Origin: Candidatus Auribacterota bacterium
Lineage (GTDB): Bacteria > Auribacterota > Tritonobacteria > UBA1439
DNA: 64,000 nucleotides
Reading direction: 5' to 3'
NCBI GenBank assembly: GCA_026392035.1
Contig: JAPLCX010000059.1
Coordinates: forward strand, 82 to 64,081
Below are positions 1-7,583 of the stretch, one piece after another (the stretch's first letter is position 1; each line of letters opens with the position of its first letter). The translations under genes and the position numbers were made by a program. The notes below the pieces were generated by a model, which worked only from the letters and a program-made list of their open reading frames with translations, had not been told where the DNA came from and searched no databases.

Positions 1-405
1 AGAAAGAAAAGGCCGCATAAATAATACGTCACCGAACTTATGATCCAGAGCACTAAGTAATAGATACGAAATCCAGCAAAGTACTAAGCCATTAAGGAAA
101 AGCTGAGCCACCATGTGAGCTCCATGGTCAGGACAAAAAGGAATCAATTTTTCAAAAAAAGCCAGATAATAAAAGAGAATCGGACCGGGATGATGATGCT
201 CCCAGCGAGATGGGGGGCCAAGAAGTGCCGAGAACTTTGCAGCACGAATAACTTGAAGCCCATCTATTCCATAGTCAAAAGCCTTGTTTTTATATGTCCG
301 AAAAATGGTAATATTAAAAATAAGAAAGATAACTACCAGCAGGGTAGGAATACACCATATTGAGAGGATTCTTATAATAGAGCAACGTACTGACAAGGAT
401 TTCAT
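1..405 (-). CDS. partial CDS (the 5' part; the gene continues past the window start): integral membrane protein with a glycosyltransferase-like (ArnT/PMT-type) N-terminus
   Basis: On the minus strand there is an ATG at 403-405 and the frame stays open to position 1 with no stop, so it is missing from the ORF track. The translation begins MKSLSVRCSIIRILSIWCIPTLLVVIFLIF... It has several hydrophobic helices and the motif PGPILFYYLAFF. The region is about 35% GC while the window is about 60%. Confidence 0.4.
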   Translation of the reverse strand, partial: MKSLSVRCSIIRILSIWCIPTLLVVIFLIFNITIFRTYKNKAFDYGIDGLQVIRAAKFSALLGPPSRWEHHHPGPILFYYLAFFEKLIPFCPDHGAHMVAQLFLNGLVLCWISYLLLSALDHKFGDVLFMRPFLS

Positions 406-430
406 ATTATTAATCGGCTAACGCCATGCT

Positions 431-739
431 TCACCGGCGCGAAAACCGCCTGCGGGTTTCGCGTACGGTGGAAGCGCTTGTTCGCTGATCATCTTCATCT
501 TTGATTTGCTCCCACGGTATGCCCTTGCCCGCATGGATGCTGGCTCTCGATTCTTCAACCTTTTTCAGGAAACGAGGGTCGTTTTCCAGTCGGAAATCAA
601 ACCAGTCGTCTTCATCTTCAAATCCAATTAAAACGCCGGCCGGTTTCCCGTGCTTAGTAATAATGATTTTTTCTTTCCCCGCCTGTATTAAGTACCTCGA
701 AAAATGATCTTTGACCTTAGCTAATGCGACTTGTTTCAT
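431..739 (-). CDS. Phd/YefM-family type II antitoxin; no toxin gene adjacent
   Basis: The protein reads MKQVALAKVKDHFSRYLIQAGKEKIIITKHGKPAGVLIGFEDEDDWFDF..., which is a typical Phd/YefM fold signature. I chose the internal ATG (MKQVA) as the start; the ORF track begins 9 codons upstream. No YoeB/Doc-like ORF follows on the same strand. Confidence 0.6.
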   Translation of the reverse strand: MKQVALAKVKDHFSRYLIQAGKEKIIITKHGKPAGVLIGFEDEDDWFDFRLENDPRFLKKVEESRASIHAGKGIPWEQIKDEDDQRTSASTVRETRRRFSRR

Positions 740-835
740 GTTCGTTCTCCTTTTTCTCGCAGCCATTGTTCCGCATGGGACTTATTCACAATCCTTAGCA
801 CTACATATCCTATTCCACGGCAGAATAATATCGTG

Positions 836-905
836 GTCCGACCCCGCCACCCATCCGCGCCGGCAAGCCCAATTGTCAAGGATAAAGATTTGACCCCCAA
901 ACCTG
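836..905. repeat. partial copy of the right-hand module of the intergenic repeat family (CATCCGCGCCGG-AAGCCCAATTGTCAAGGATAAAGATTTGACCCCCAAACCT)
   Basis: It is near-identical to 5336-5396. It lies between the Phd antitoxin and the NUDIX gene. Confidence 0.5.
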
Positions 906-931
906 TTATAAGGGTTAGGCTGAATATTCAA

Positions 932-1420
932 TTAAATTTTAAGTAATTTATTTTCTATTTCTTCTCTCATCGAAATAATGTTCAACTGCTGATCATATTC
1001 AACATTGAACATAAAGTTTTTATTATCAACTAGATATTTATATATGTGCCAATCAGTTTTCGGTGCGGGAATTCCAAATAATTTTGAAAATCTGATCCAT
1101 TCAAGTTTACCTTCTTTGCAAGTAGGCGGATCAATATGCTCAATCTCGGCAAGATACACAAAACAGATCCAGTTATAATTAGTTGGTGAACTTTCAACCA
1201 TTACACCACAATATTTTGGATTTGTGATACGGATTCCAGTTTCTTCAAGTGTCTCTCGACTAGCTGAATGTATCGGACTCTCATATGGATCGATTTTTCC
1301 ACCAACCGGTGTATATTTACCTTTATTGGGTTCTTTTTTACGTTTCAACAGTAAGAAGCGGTCACCCGACTTCAAAATACACAAAACTGCTGGTTGTTTA
1401 TGTCCATTCGATACATACAT
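932..1420 (-). CDS. NUDIX hydrolase
   Basis: The Nudix box GX5EX7REUXEEXGU is present as GGKIDPYESPIHSASRETLEETGI. The protein is 162 aa. The gene is AT-rich compared with its surroundings. Confidence 0.8.
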   Translation of the reverse strand: MYVSNGHKQPAVLCILKSGDRFLLLKRKKEPNKGKYTPVGGKIDPYESPIHSASRETLEETGIRITNPKYCGVMVESSPTNYNWICFVYLAEIEHIDPPTCKEGKLEWIRFSKLFGIPAPKTDWHIYKYLVDNKNFMFNVEYDQQLNIISMREEIENKLLKI

Positions 1421-1436
1421 ATTTCAAACCATTTTC

Positions 1437-1487
1437 AGCCTAACGTCAGGAGTCAGGCGCGGGTAGCAACGTCGCCTGCACTCCTTG
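1437..1487. repeat. 51-bp imperfect inverted repeat with attC-like ends (GCCTAAC ... GTTAGGT)
   Basis: The sequence is GCCTAACGTCAGGAGTCAGGCG-CGGGTAGCAACG-TCGCCTGCACTCCTTGGTTAGGT. Its ends match the integron attC consensus RYYYAAC and GTTRRRY. The arms pair with unpaired extra bases, as attC sites do. It sits between two minus-strand cassettes. Confidence 0.35.
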
Positions 1488-1509
1488 GTTAGGTGGTTCT
1501 TCCTCGATC

Positions 1510-1929
1510 TTACTCCCGAATGCTATGTTCTTGAAAGTGCTGTCGAACTTTCGCCGCAACCTGACTATCAGTCATCTTGTCAATTGTTTCAATGCCAACG
1601 ACCCGTCCACCCAGTTTGTTTCTATCCAGACGTTTTTTCAGTTCGCCCTTGGCCTCACCGGGACCAAATATCAGAATAGATTCTGCATCACGAATACACG
1701 CAATTACCGCATCGTAGTAAATGTCGAGATGTCCCATAAACTTTCTATCGCGGATATCCCCTGCCGGTCCTTGCCGTGATCCATAGGGAGTCGTAGAACG
1801 TATATCATCAGAATGCCCGAGCTGTTTTTCAACCTTCGATATTAGCAGTTTTATCTCTTCCCCTCTGTCCGTAATCGCTACGATAAGAGCCTTCCTATGA
1901 TCAATCCACAAACCTACTTTTCTTTTCAT
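1510..1929 (-). CDS. hypothetical protein (139 aa)
   Basis: Intact ORF MKRKVGLWIDHRKALIVAITDRGEEIKLL...ILIFGPGEAKGELKKRL. I recognise no catalytic motif. It is flanked by repeat elements. Confidence 0.5.
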   Translation of the reverse strand: MKRKVGLWIDHRKALIVAITDRGEEIKLLISKVEKQLGHSDDIRSTTPYGSRQGPAGDIRDRKFMGHLDIYYDAVIACIRDAESILIFGPGEAKGELKKRLDRNKLGGRVVGIETIDKMTDSQVAAKVRQHFQEHSIRE

Positions 1930-1958
1930 AGATTTTCCTTTGTCTATTAAGTCCAGTT

Positions 1959-2097
1959 AACGACGGAATTGAGCGGCGCCCGCAGACGGGGCGGGGAGGA
2001 GCGAGCCGAAGGCTCGCGCATCCGCCCAACATAATGCTCACCCGTCGAGGGCCTAATGTCCGAAGATCTCGAGTGAAACGAGAGACCTTTGAGAAAA
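1959..2097. repeat. structured intergenic repeat, copy 1 (core plus a right module shared with 11890-11960)
   Basis: It starts AACGACGGAATTGAGCGGCG and contains the hairpin GCGAGCC-GAAG-GCTCGC inside an outer stem GGGCGG/CCGCCC. The right half matches CACCCATCGAGGGCCAATAGCCCAAAGATCTCGCGCAAAGAGAGCGACC near 11900. Confidence 0.6.
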
Positions 2098-2204
2098 CTA
2101 CAGTGCCAACCAAAAAAAACAACCACTGACGATTGCCACACCTGCGACTGCTGCTTATGCAAGTCACCGTTTCTCAGGTCGGGTGCAGCGGATAGTTTGC
2201 AGCT

Positions 2205-2501
2205 TCACTCTAGTTTGGATGGGTCAAGCAATCTAGCGCCGTGATGAATTGTAAGAAGCTCGACAAGTTCGGCGCGAAGCCGATAAACGATACGATAGCT
2301 TCCTGGGAGAATCTCACGGATAAGAGGGTCGTTCCTCTCCGGTACGATCCTTCCCAAGTTTGGGAAATTAGCAACCTGCTCAACAGCCTCAACGACGTCT
2401 GTGGCGAACAAACAAGCATAGTGTGGCGAGTCTTGCGAAATGAACTCAGTGATAGACTCCAGGTCATCGGCTGCTTGCGGAGTCCATCTCACTTCAGCCA
2501 T
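2205..2501 (-). CDS. RelE/ParE-family type II toxin
   Basis: The 98-aa protein MAEVRWTPQAADDLESITEFIS...YRIVYRL...ELLTIHHGAR has typical ParE/RelE features. Its start overlaps the upstream antitoxin gene. Confidence 0.7.
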   Translation of the reverse strand: MAEVRWTPQAADDLESITEFISQDSPHYACLFATDVVEAVEQVANFPNLGRIVPERNDPLIREILPGSYRIVYRLRAELVELLTIHHGARLLDPSKLE

Positions 2502-2671
2502 TTCGCCATCCGTTCCTTGACCTGAGCATGGGAAAGTGTCTTGCCGGCGTCAGCTTGCTGGAGCCCCCTTTCAATCTTCGAGAGAAACAGAAGACGCTCC
2601 ATCGCGTCTTCTACCGATGCATCATCTGGAAGCCCCTGCATAGCTTGGATCATCTTCTCTTTTTTCGTCAT
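2489..2671 (-). CDS. addiction-module antitoxin (ParD/RelB-like, 'putative addiction module component')
   Basis: The 60-aa protein MTKKEKMIQAMQGLPDDASVEDAMERLLFLSKIERGLQQADAGKTLSHAQVKERM overlaps the ParE gene by 13 nt, which is the classic antitoxin-toxin arrangement. Confidence 0.6.
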   Translation of the reverse strand: MTKKEKMIQAMQGLPDDASVEDAMERLLFLSKIERGLQQADAGKTLSHAQVKERMAKWLK

Positions 2672-2722
2672 ACCTGCAGCATACCTTTTTCGGTCTAGAG
2701 CGTCAACCGGCTATTCGCTGCC

Positions 2723-2826
2723 AACGACGGAATTGAGCGGCGATCCCGCCAAGGCGGGACGCGGTGAGGAGCGAGCGCATGAGCGCTCGCGCATCCGCGC
2801 CGGAAAGGCGGCAGTACCGCCCCGGG
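2723..2826. repeat. structured intergenic repeat, copy 2
   Basis: AACGACGGAATTGAGCGGCGATCCCGCCAAGGCGGGACGCGGTGAGGAGCGAGCGCATGAGCGCTCGCGCATCCGCGCCGG... The hairpin is GCGAGCGC-ATGA-GCGCTCGC. Confidence 0.65.
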
Positions 2827-2945
2827 CAAAACGTAAACTCCACCTCTTTGTTGGCCTCCTATTTCTTCTTGCTGATCAAACTTTTGTCCACATTCATCCA
2901 GATGGTAAATGAATTACCTGCTTCCATTTCTTAAGGATGTTGGCC

Positions 2946-5246
2946 CTAGGGTTGTAAATTTAGAGTCGAGAACATCGATGCTATGTCTTCGTCTTTAGTC
3001 ACTTCATCCTGACGGGATTCACTTGAAGAGAAATCGACATCGTCGTCACTTCTGGAGCTGTCTTGCTCTCGTTCATCAGCATGCTCTCTTATTGCAGCTA
3101 TATCTGCCTCGATATCGAGTTTGACAACCTTTGAAAGCGACTCCAGAGCTTCCGCCTCTTCGCGCAAGGCATCCGCATCAAGATCAGCATAGTCGGACGC
3201 GACGCTTTCAGCGACCTCCTGAATAGTGGCGGCCACTCGATCCATCTTTTCATCCGGGAAAAGTCCCGGGCGTGACTGCACGAGTCTGCACAAGGGCCGA
3301 AGGTCATCCGCCCACCGTGAGCCAACAAGCAACCCGTCGATAGCCTTTTCCATGAACGGCTCCGTCCATCTGCGGAAATCATCATCGGTAAGTGTTGTCA
3401 AGACATCGACAAGATCGGCTAGGCCGTCTCTATCGAATTCTTTTTTGGCGATGCGTGACTCAATTAGCGGAAAAGTCTCGCGTACAAATGAAAGAAGAGG
3501 TTTATGAGCATCCGCAGCGATCTCAGCAAATAGCGCGAGTCGTGACTCAATGGCATGCGGCCAGCGTTCTCTACTATCAACATTCCCTCTTCGCATGTTG
3601 ATCACGCGACACGGTTCTCCCGAAAGCAAACGGCGGAACATTTGCTCGGCCGTCTTTGAGTTGGCCTGGATAAGACCATACAGAAGCGGGCGCCGGTCAC
3701 GCCATGCCCAGAGGGAATCAAGTTGCTCGTAAAACACAACTGACAGAAACAACAAAGTGAACTCCGCATCGCTTGCCAAGAGATACTTTTTTACAAAATC
3801 AGCCACGGAGGGATTCTGAAAGCGAACCAGTATCTCCGCGCCCTCCTGATTATAAGAAAGAAAGTCACCCTCTAGCTCCTTGAGAGCGCTACGATAGTCC
3901 TGCGGCCCGATGGTTGCGGCATACTTTTTTGCATAGGCCAAGTTGTATGACTGATAAGCCTTCTCGGCGTCGCGTATGAAACACTGATGAGGCATGCTGG
4001 CCAGTACTAGCAGCAGGTTTCGGGCAGCCTGCGATAGCTGGTTGCTAAAAGCGTGTTCCCATAGGGCCAAAGGGTTTTCCATGCTGTTCATGAAGAACTC
4101 TATGTATCGAGCCGGCGGGACATCTCGGAGACGCGCGAACTCTGTCAAGAGTTGCACAATGCGGGGGCTATAGTTTCTGTGGTCAATGATCCGCAAATAG
4201 TTTTTGTCGGCCAGAATAGAGGCGCGATACTGAGTGGGCAAGGCGGAGAAGTAAATGTGGTTGAATAAGATGCGCGCCCGATTCATCCGCGTATACTTCG
4301 CAAGATCCACAATGCATTTCTGCGCGGTAAAGCCTTCTCGATTTAGTTTTTCATATTGCTGATATGCCTGCCGAAGGACGTATTCACGCGTTGTCAGAAT
4401 AAGCTTAATGCCGGTGGTCTTACGAATAGCATGAATAAAGTCGATGATACGTTGGTCTTCATTCTTGCGGAGCTTCTCCGAGAAGGATGTTTGTCCAAGA
4501 AAGTCGTCGTAGTAGAATACACGCCTTGTCTCGGGCGCCTTGAACTCCCACGCTTCAGCGATGTCTTCGCTGACCTTAATGACTTCGAAACCCGCGCGGC
4601 TATAGTGGAGAATAAGCATCTCCGCAAGGATGGTCTTTCCGATTCCAGGGATTCCGGCAATGATGCAGAAGTTGTCATGCTCGAGAATGTGGGCGGCTTC
4701 ATCAAAGCTCTCATTCTGAACATATAGCTTCGCATGCTCGCGAATTCTGTCCAACTCATGATTTGAGAAGTTCCTGACGGCCGCGTGGAGTACTTCTTCA
4801 AGCAGAGGAAGGCTAAATAACCACAGCTTGATTGTCTTACGTTCGACCTGCTCGAACTTACCGAGCAGATTGTTTAGATCGTCCTTGCCATAGACGTCAT
4901 CGGCGCATTTGATGAAAGGGTGAAGTGCCCGAACGATTTCGTCCTTCTTGGCCGGGTTCAATGGCACGGACGTAGCCACAATGTAACGCTCGGGCTTGAT
5001 CCGAGCCAGTTTAGGTAGTTCGTTGGTCGCTAGAACATGCAGAAGTGCATCGTAGCCCGATTCAACGTAGTGCTTACACTGGACGATCAGGTTGTTCTTG
5101 GCGTTGCGGGAATGACGGAAGTCTATGCCGCCGTCTCTGCCAGTGGTGAAAGACTGAAGTGTAAGGCCGAGTTCCTCCTGCAGTAGATCTCGAACGACTA
5201 CCTCAAAGTCAACTGGTGATAAGGTTCTGAAATCGTAGTTTGGCAT
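2946..5246 (-). CDS. Mrr-like PD-(D/E)xK nuclease domain fused to a STAND (NB-ARC/AP-ATPase-like) P-loop NTPase with a helical C-terminal region; candidate antiviral STAND (Avs-like) protein
   Basis: The true start is the ATG at 5246 (MPNYDFRTL...). The ORF-track N-terminus (MGFSGADARTLRAFAPPRVPPW...) is read-through into the upstream repeat. The N-terminal domain matches the Mrr catalytic fold: FEVVVRDLL...TGRDGGIDFR...IVQCKHY. Walker A is GIPGIGKT and Walker B is VFYYDDFLGQT. A sensor-1-like motif LILTTRE follows. About 450 aa of helical sequence lies downstream. The protein is 767 aa. Confidence 0.75.
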   Translation of the reverse strand: MPNYDFRTLSPVDFEVVVRDLLQEELGLTLQSFTTGRDGGIDFRHSRNAKNNLIVQCKHYVESGYDALLHVLATNELPKLARIKPERYIVATSVPLNPAKKDEIVRALHPFIKCADDVYGKDDLNNLLGKFEQVERKTIKLWLFSLPLLEEVLHAAVRNFSNHELDRIREHAKLYVQNESFDEAAHILEHDNFCIIAGIPGIGKTILAEMLILHYSRAGFEVIKVSEDIAEAWEFKAPETRRVFYYDDFLGQTSFSEKLRKNEDQRIIDFIHAIRKTTGIKLILTTREYVLRQAYQQYEKLNREGFTAQKCIVDLAKYTRMNRARILFNHIYFSALPTQYRASILADKNYLRIIDHRNYSPRIVQLLTEFARLRDVPPARYIEFFMNSMENPLALWEHAFSNQLSQAARNLLLVLASMPHQCFIRDAEKAYQSYNLAYAKKYAATIGPQDYRSALKELEGDFLSYNQEGAEILVRFQNPSVADFVKKYLLASDAEFTLLFLSVVFYEQLDSLWAWRDRRPLLYGLIQANSKTAEQMFRRLLSGEPCRVINMRRGNVDSRERWPHAIESRLALFAEIAADAHKPLLSFVRETFPLIESRIAKKEFDRDGLADLVDVLTTLTDDDFRRWTEPFMEKAIDGLLVGSRWADDLRPLCRLVQSRPGLFPDEKMDRVAATIQEVAESVASDYADLDADALREEAEALESLSKVVKLDIEADIAAIREHADEREQDSSRSDDDVDFSSSESRQDEVTKDEDIASMFSTLNLQP

Positions 5247-5262
5247 CTCTTTTCCCGTGGCC

Positions 5263-5396
5263 AACAACGGAATTGAGCGGCGATCCCGCCAAGGCGGGAC
5301 GCGGGGAGGAGCGAACGCCCGAAGCGTTCGCGCATCCGCGCCGGAAAAGCCCAATTGTCAAGGATAAAGATTTGACCCCCAAACCTCCCGTATGTC
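5263..5396. repeat. structured intergenic repeat, copy 3
   Basis: AACAACGGAATTGAGCGGCGATCCCGCCAAGGCGGGACGCGGGGAGGAGCGAACGCCCGAAGCGTTCGCGCATCCGCGCCGG, followed by the AAGCCCAATTGTCAAGGATAAAGATTTGACCCCCAAACCT module. The hairpin GCGAACGC-CCGAA-GCGTTCGC carries compensatory changes relative to copy 2. Confidence 0.65.
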
Positions 5397-5469
5397 CCGA
5401 TCCAGGTGATGAACTCTATATGATTGTCGCAAAATCGGCTTTTCTCATCTTTTACGCCCAACGTTGCTT

Positions 5470-6474
5470 TCACCGGCGGCGCGCTAGCGGCGTCCGGTGG
5501 AAGGCATGGTTGGGACGTTTTTCCATCGTCTTCCGAATCTGATACTTCACCTCAGGCTCATGCACGGCAGGGAACTCATCCATCCACGACAAATCCTTCC
5601 CAATAACCAATTCCTCCATTGTCGCATGATGCGTATTTCTCATGGGAATAAGACGCATTTGAAACCCATGTCTTCGGGCCATTGTCTTGACTTCTTCCGC
5701 GTTATCGTAGGTTATCAAGAAATCACCCCTCAACGACTCGCACACCGTAAACAATCGCTCATGGTCGATCTCGCAGTGGGTGTACAACCGCCTCCCAGCT
5801 TTCTTTCCACCAGCCGTATATGGAGGATCTATGAAATAGACTGCATGGCGGTTCGCTGCAAACTCCTGAATGACTTTTAACCCGTCATCACATCGGAAAT
5901 CAATTCTCGTTGCAACGTGGTTGAGGTCCGAGAGCCTCCTGGCGAGCGTCGCCGGGTACCAGCGAGAACGGATACCTTTCCCGTTCTCTCCGTACTTAAT
6001 GAATCCGGAACCATTGGCAAGAATTCCTCCATGGAGCGTTCGATTCTTAAGAATCGTCTGAAACGCTTTCTCTCGTCTTGTCTTCGGAGTTCTCGATAGT
6101 TCCTGTACAACGGATTCCTTGTTCAGGTCGAACGCAAGGATATGATTGGCCAGCCAGCCCGCGTCGCCATTGACCACCGTTTCCCATACTGCTGCGATTT
6201 CGTCGTCCAATTCGACCATCACTGCTTTCTGCACAAGATTCTCAAAGACAGCCGTAAGGCTGATAATTCCACCGCCAGCGAACGGCTCGACTAATATGCC
6301 AGGCTTCGAATACATGCGCGCGATCCAGTGCCGAAACGTTGGCACAAACCATGTCTTGCCGCCGGGGTAGCGGAAGGGGCTTCGTTGCGGGACCGATGCT
6401 ACATTGACCGGCCTCAGTGCTTCTATTTCTTCACGGAGCTCAGGGAATAAGAGGGATTGCTTGGGGATAGCCAT
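5470..6474 (-). CDS. DNA adenine (N6) methyltransferase, Dam / D12-class
   Basis: It carries FRYPGGK (motif I region) and the catalytic FIDPPY (DPPY). The protein is 334 aa. It ends 2 bp before the start of the endonuclease ORF. The C-terminal approximately 20 aa may be read-through toward the repeat. Confidence 0.8.
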   Translation of the reverse strand: MAIPKQSLLFPELREEIEALRPVNVASVPQRSPFRYPGGKTWFVPTFRHWIARMYSKPGILVEPFAGGGIISLTAVFENLVQKAVMVELDDEIAAVWETVVNGDAGWLANHILAFDLNKESVVQELSRTPKTRREKAFQTILKNRTLHGGILANGSGFIKYGENGKGIRSRWYPATLARRLSDLNHVATRIDFRCDDGLKVIQEFAANRHAVYFIDPPYTAGGKKAGRRLYTHCEIDHERLFTVCESLRGDFLITYDNAEEVKTMARRHGFQMRLIPMRNTHHATMEELVIGKDLSWMDEFPAVHEPEVKYQIRKTMEKRPNHAFHRTPLARRR

Positions 6475-6475
6475 G

Positions 6476-7384
6476 TCAGAATGGCCTCTCGATAGTCTTG
6501 TTTACGGGTGGAGTTTCGATCTGTTCATCCAGCTTTTCCTGAAGCAGTTTCACGAAGTCGTTGATCTTCCCTGGCGCGGGAGTTGTGATAGACATCAAGG
6601 CTGGCTCGAATTGGGTGAACACTTCATCGATCTTGGTTAGCTTGAGCCTCTCTTGTCCGCCTTCCTTGGTAATCTTGAGGTCGTAGATCAGCCAGGCAAT
6701 TTCGGCTTTTGATTTGCTCACCTTTGCCAACGGGGGGAGTGTCTCAAAAAAGCTCTTGTTCAAGGCGACAGCGGTCTTCTTCTGCCAGGAATGCAGAATC
6801 CCGCCCTTGAAGAGAAGTTGTGGTGCCAGGCGTTTACGGGAAGATGAAAGATAGTCCGGGCGCGGATAGTTCGGTTGGGTTGACCAATCCATTTGTGCGT
6901 GCGTCTTCGGGTTCTTCATATAGTACTCAAAGGGATCGCGCACGTTGCCGGATATGTAAACAGCCTGAACCTCGAGGGCGCCGAAGTCGAAGACCTTACC
7001 ATTCTCGTCGTAAGCGACGAGGACAACGTCAATGTTACCGGCTGACTTTCCATGCACATCGTTAAGTCTCACTTCTGTCAAGGAACTCCACCGGGTGCCA
7101 TCGTCAAAGAAAAAGGATGCGGCATCGTCAGCGATGAGCCAGTCTTCGCGGAACCGTATCGGGCATGTTATCACGGTACTTCTCTCGTGCAAGACACTAC
7201 ACACGCCGAGAGGATTCTTGGCCTTGTCTTTCGTGCAGTTTGGCACTTTGTTGTTGAAGGGACACAGACGCCGAGACCGGTATCTGTCTGCCTTGGCCGA
7301 GTGATCGGTCAAGAGATGGCCAAAGACCTCTGCAAGTGGTTGTACGGGTTCTTTCATAGTTTCTCTCAATTCACTGCTTTCCAT
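6476..7384 (-). CDS. type II restriction endonuclease, NotI-family fold (PD-(D/E)xK with an N-terminal Cys4 metal-binding region)
   Basis: The region AEVFGHLL...CPFNNKVPNC...GVCSV...CPIRF...GALEVQAVYISGN...LLFKGGILHSWQKK is similar to NotI (AEFFGH...CPF...GVCVV...CP.R...GVLEIQTMDFHGS...FKRTFYQMAYKF). This comparison is from memory. The start is uncertain: ATG at 7384 (MESSEL) or 7357 (MKEPVQ). The ORF-track N-terminus is repeat read-through. Confidence 0.6.
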   Translation of the reverse strand: MESSELRETMKEPVQPLAEVFGHLLTDHSAKADRYRSRRLCPFNNKVPNCTKDKAKNPLGVCSVLHERSTVITCPIRFREDWLIADDAASFFFDDGTRWSSLTEVRLNDVHGKSAGNIDVVLVAYDENGKVFDFGALEVQAVYISGNVRDPFEYYMKNPKTHAQMDWSTQPNYPRPDYLSSSRKRLAPQLLFKGGILHSWQKKTAVALNKSFFETLPPLAKVSKSKAEIAWLIYDLKITKEGGQERLKLTKIDEVFTQFEPALMSITTPAPGKINDFVKLLQEKLDEQIETPPVNKTIERPF

Positions 7385-7457
7385 AGGAGGATCATACTGA
7401 ATTCGTAACTCCTTTTCAACCTCAACTCCCCCTACCTTCGGGATTCTCCCTTGTCCC

Positions 7458-7577
7458 AACGATGGAATTGAGCGGCGCTCCCGCCAAGGCGGGACGCGGG
7501 GAGGAGCGAACGCGAGCGCGCGCGCATCCGCGCCGCCGGGCGCGGACAACACATGATAGCCGCTCAATTCCTTCGTT
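7458..7577. repeat. structured intergenic repeat, copy 4 (complete element with terminal inverted repeats)
   Basis: The left arm is AACGATGGAATTGAGCGGCG and the right arm is GCCGCTCAATTCCTTCGTT. That gives a 19-bp inverted repeat with one mismatch, ending AAC...GTT. The internal hairpin is GCGAACGC-GAGC-GCGCGCGC. It lies immediately 3' of brnA. Confidence 0.65.
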
Positions 7578-7583
7578 CGCTGA

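Noticed and set aside
115-363. 82-aa plus-strand ORF at the window start
   Set aside because: It lies antisense inside a longer minus-strand membrane-protein reading frame (1-405) that runs off the window. It is AT-rich and low-complexity with no motif.
2541-2912. ORF-track proteins containing ELSGDPAKAGRGEER / PPRVPPWR(D/E)RRSIP peptides (2541-2912, 5240-5542, 7462-7707, 8150-8365, and the N-termini of 2946-5354 and 6476-7567), which look like a conserved protein family
   Set aside because: These peptides are all translations of the intergenic repeat element in various frames. The recurrence is DNA-level repeat identity, not a protein family. I trimmed the true gene starts accordingly.
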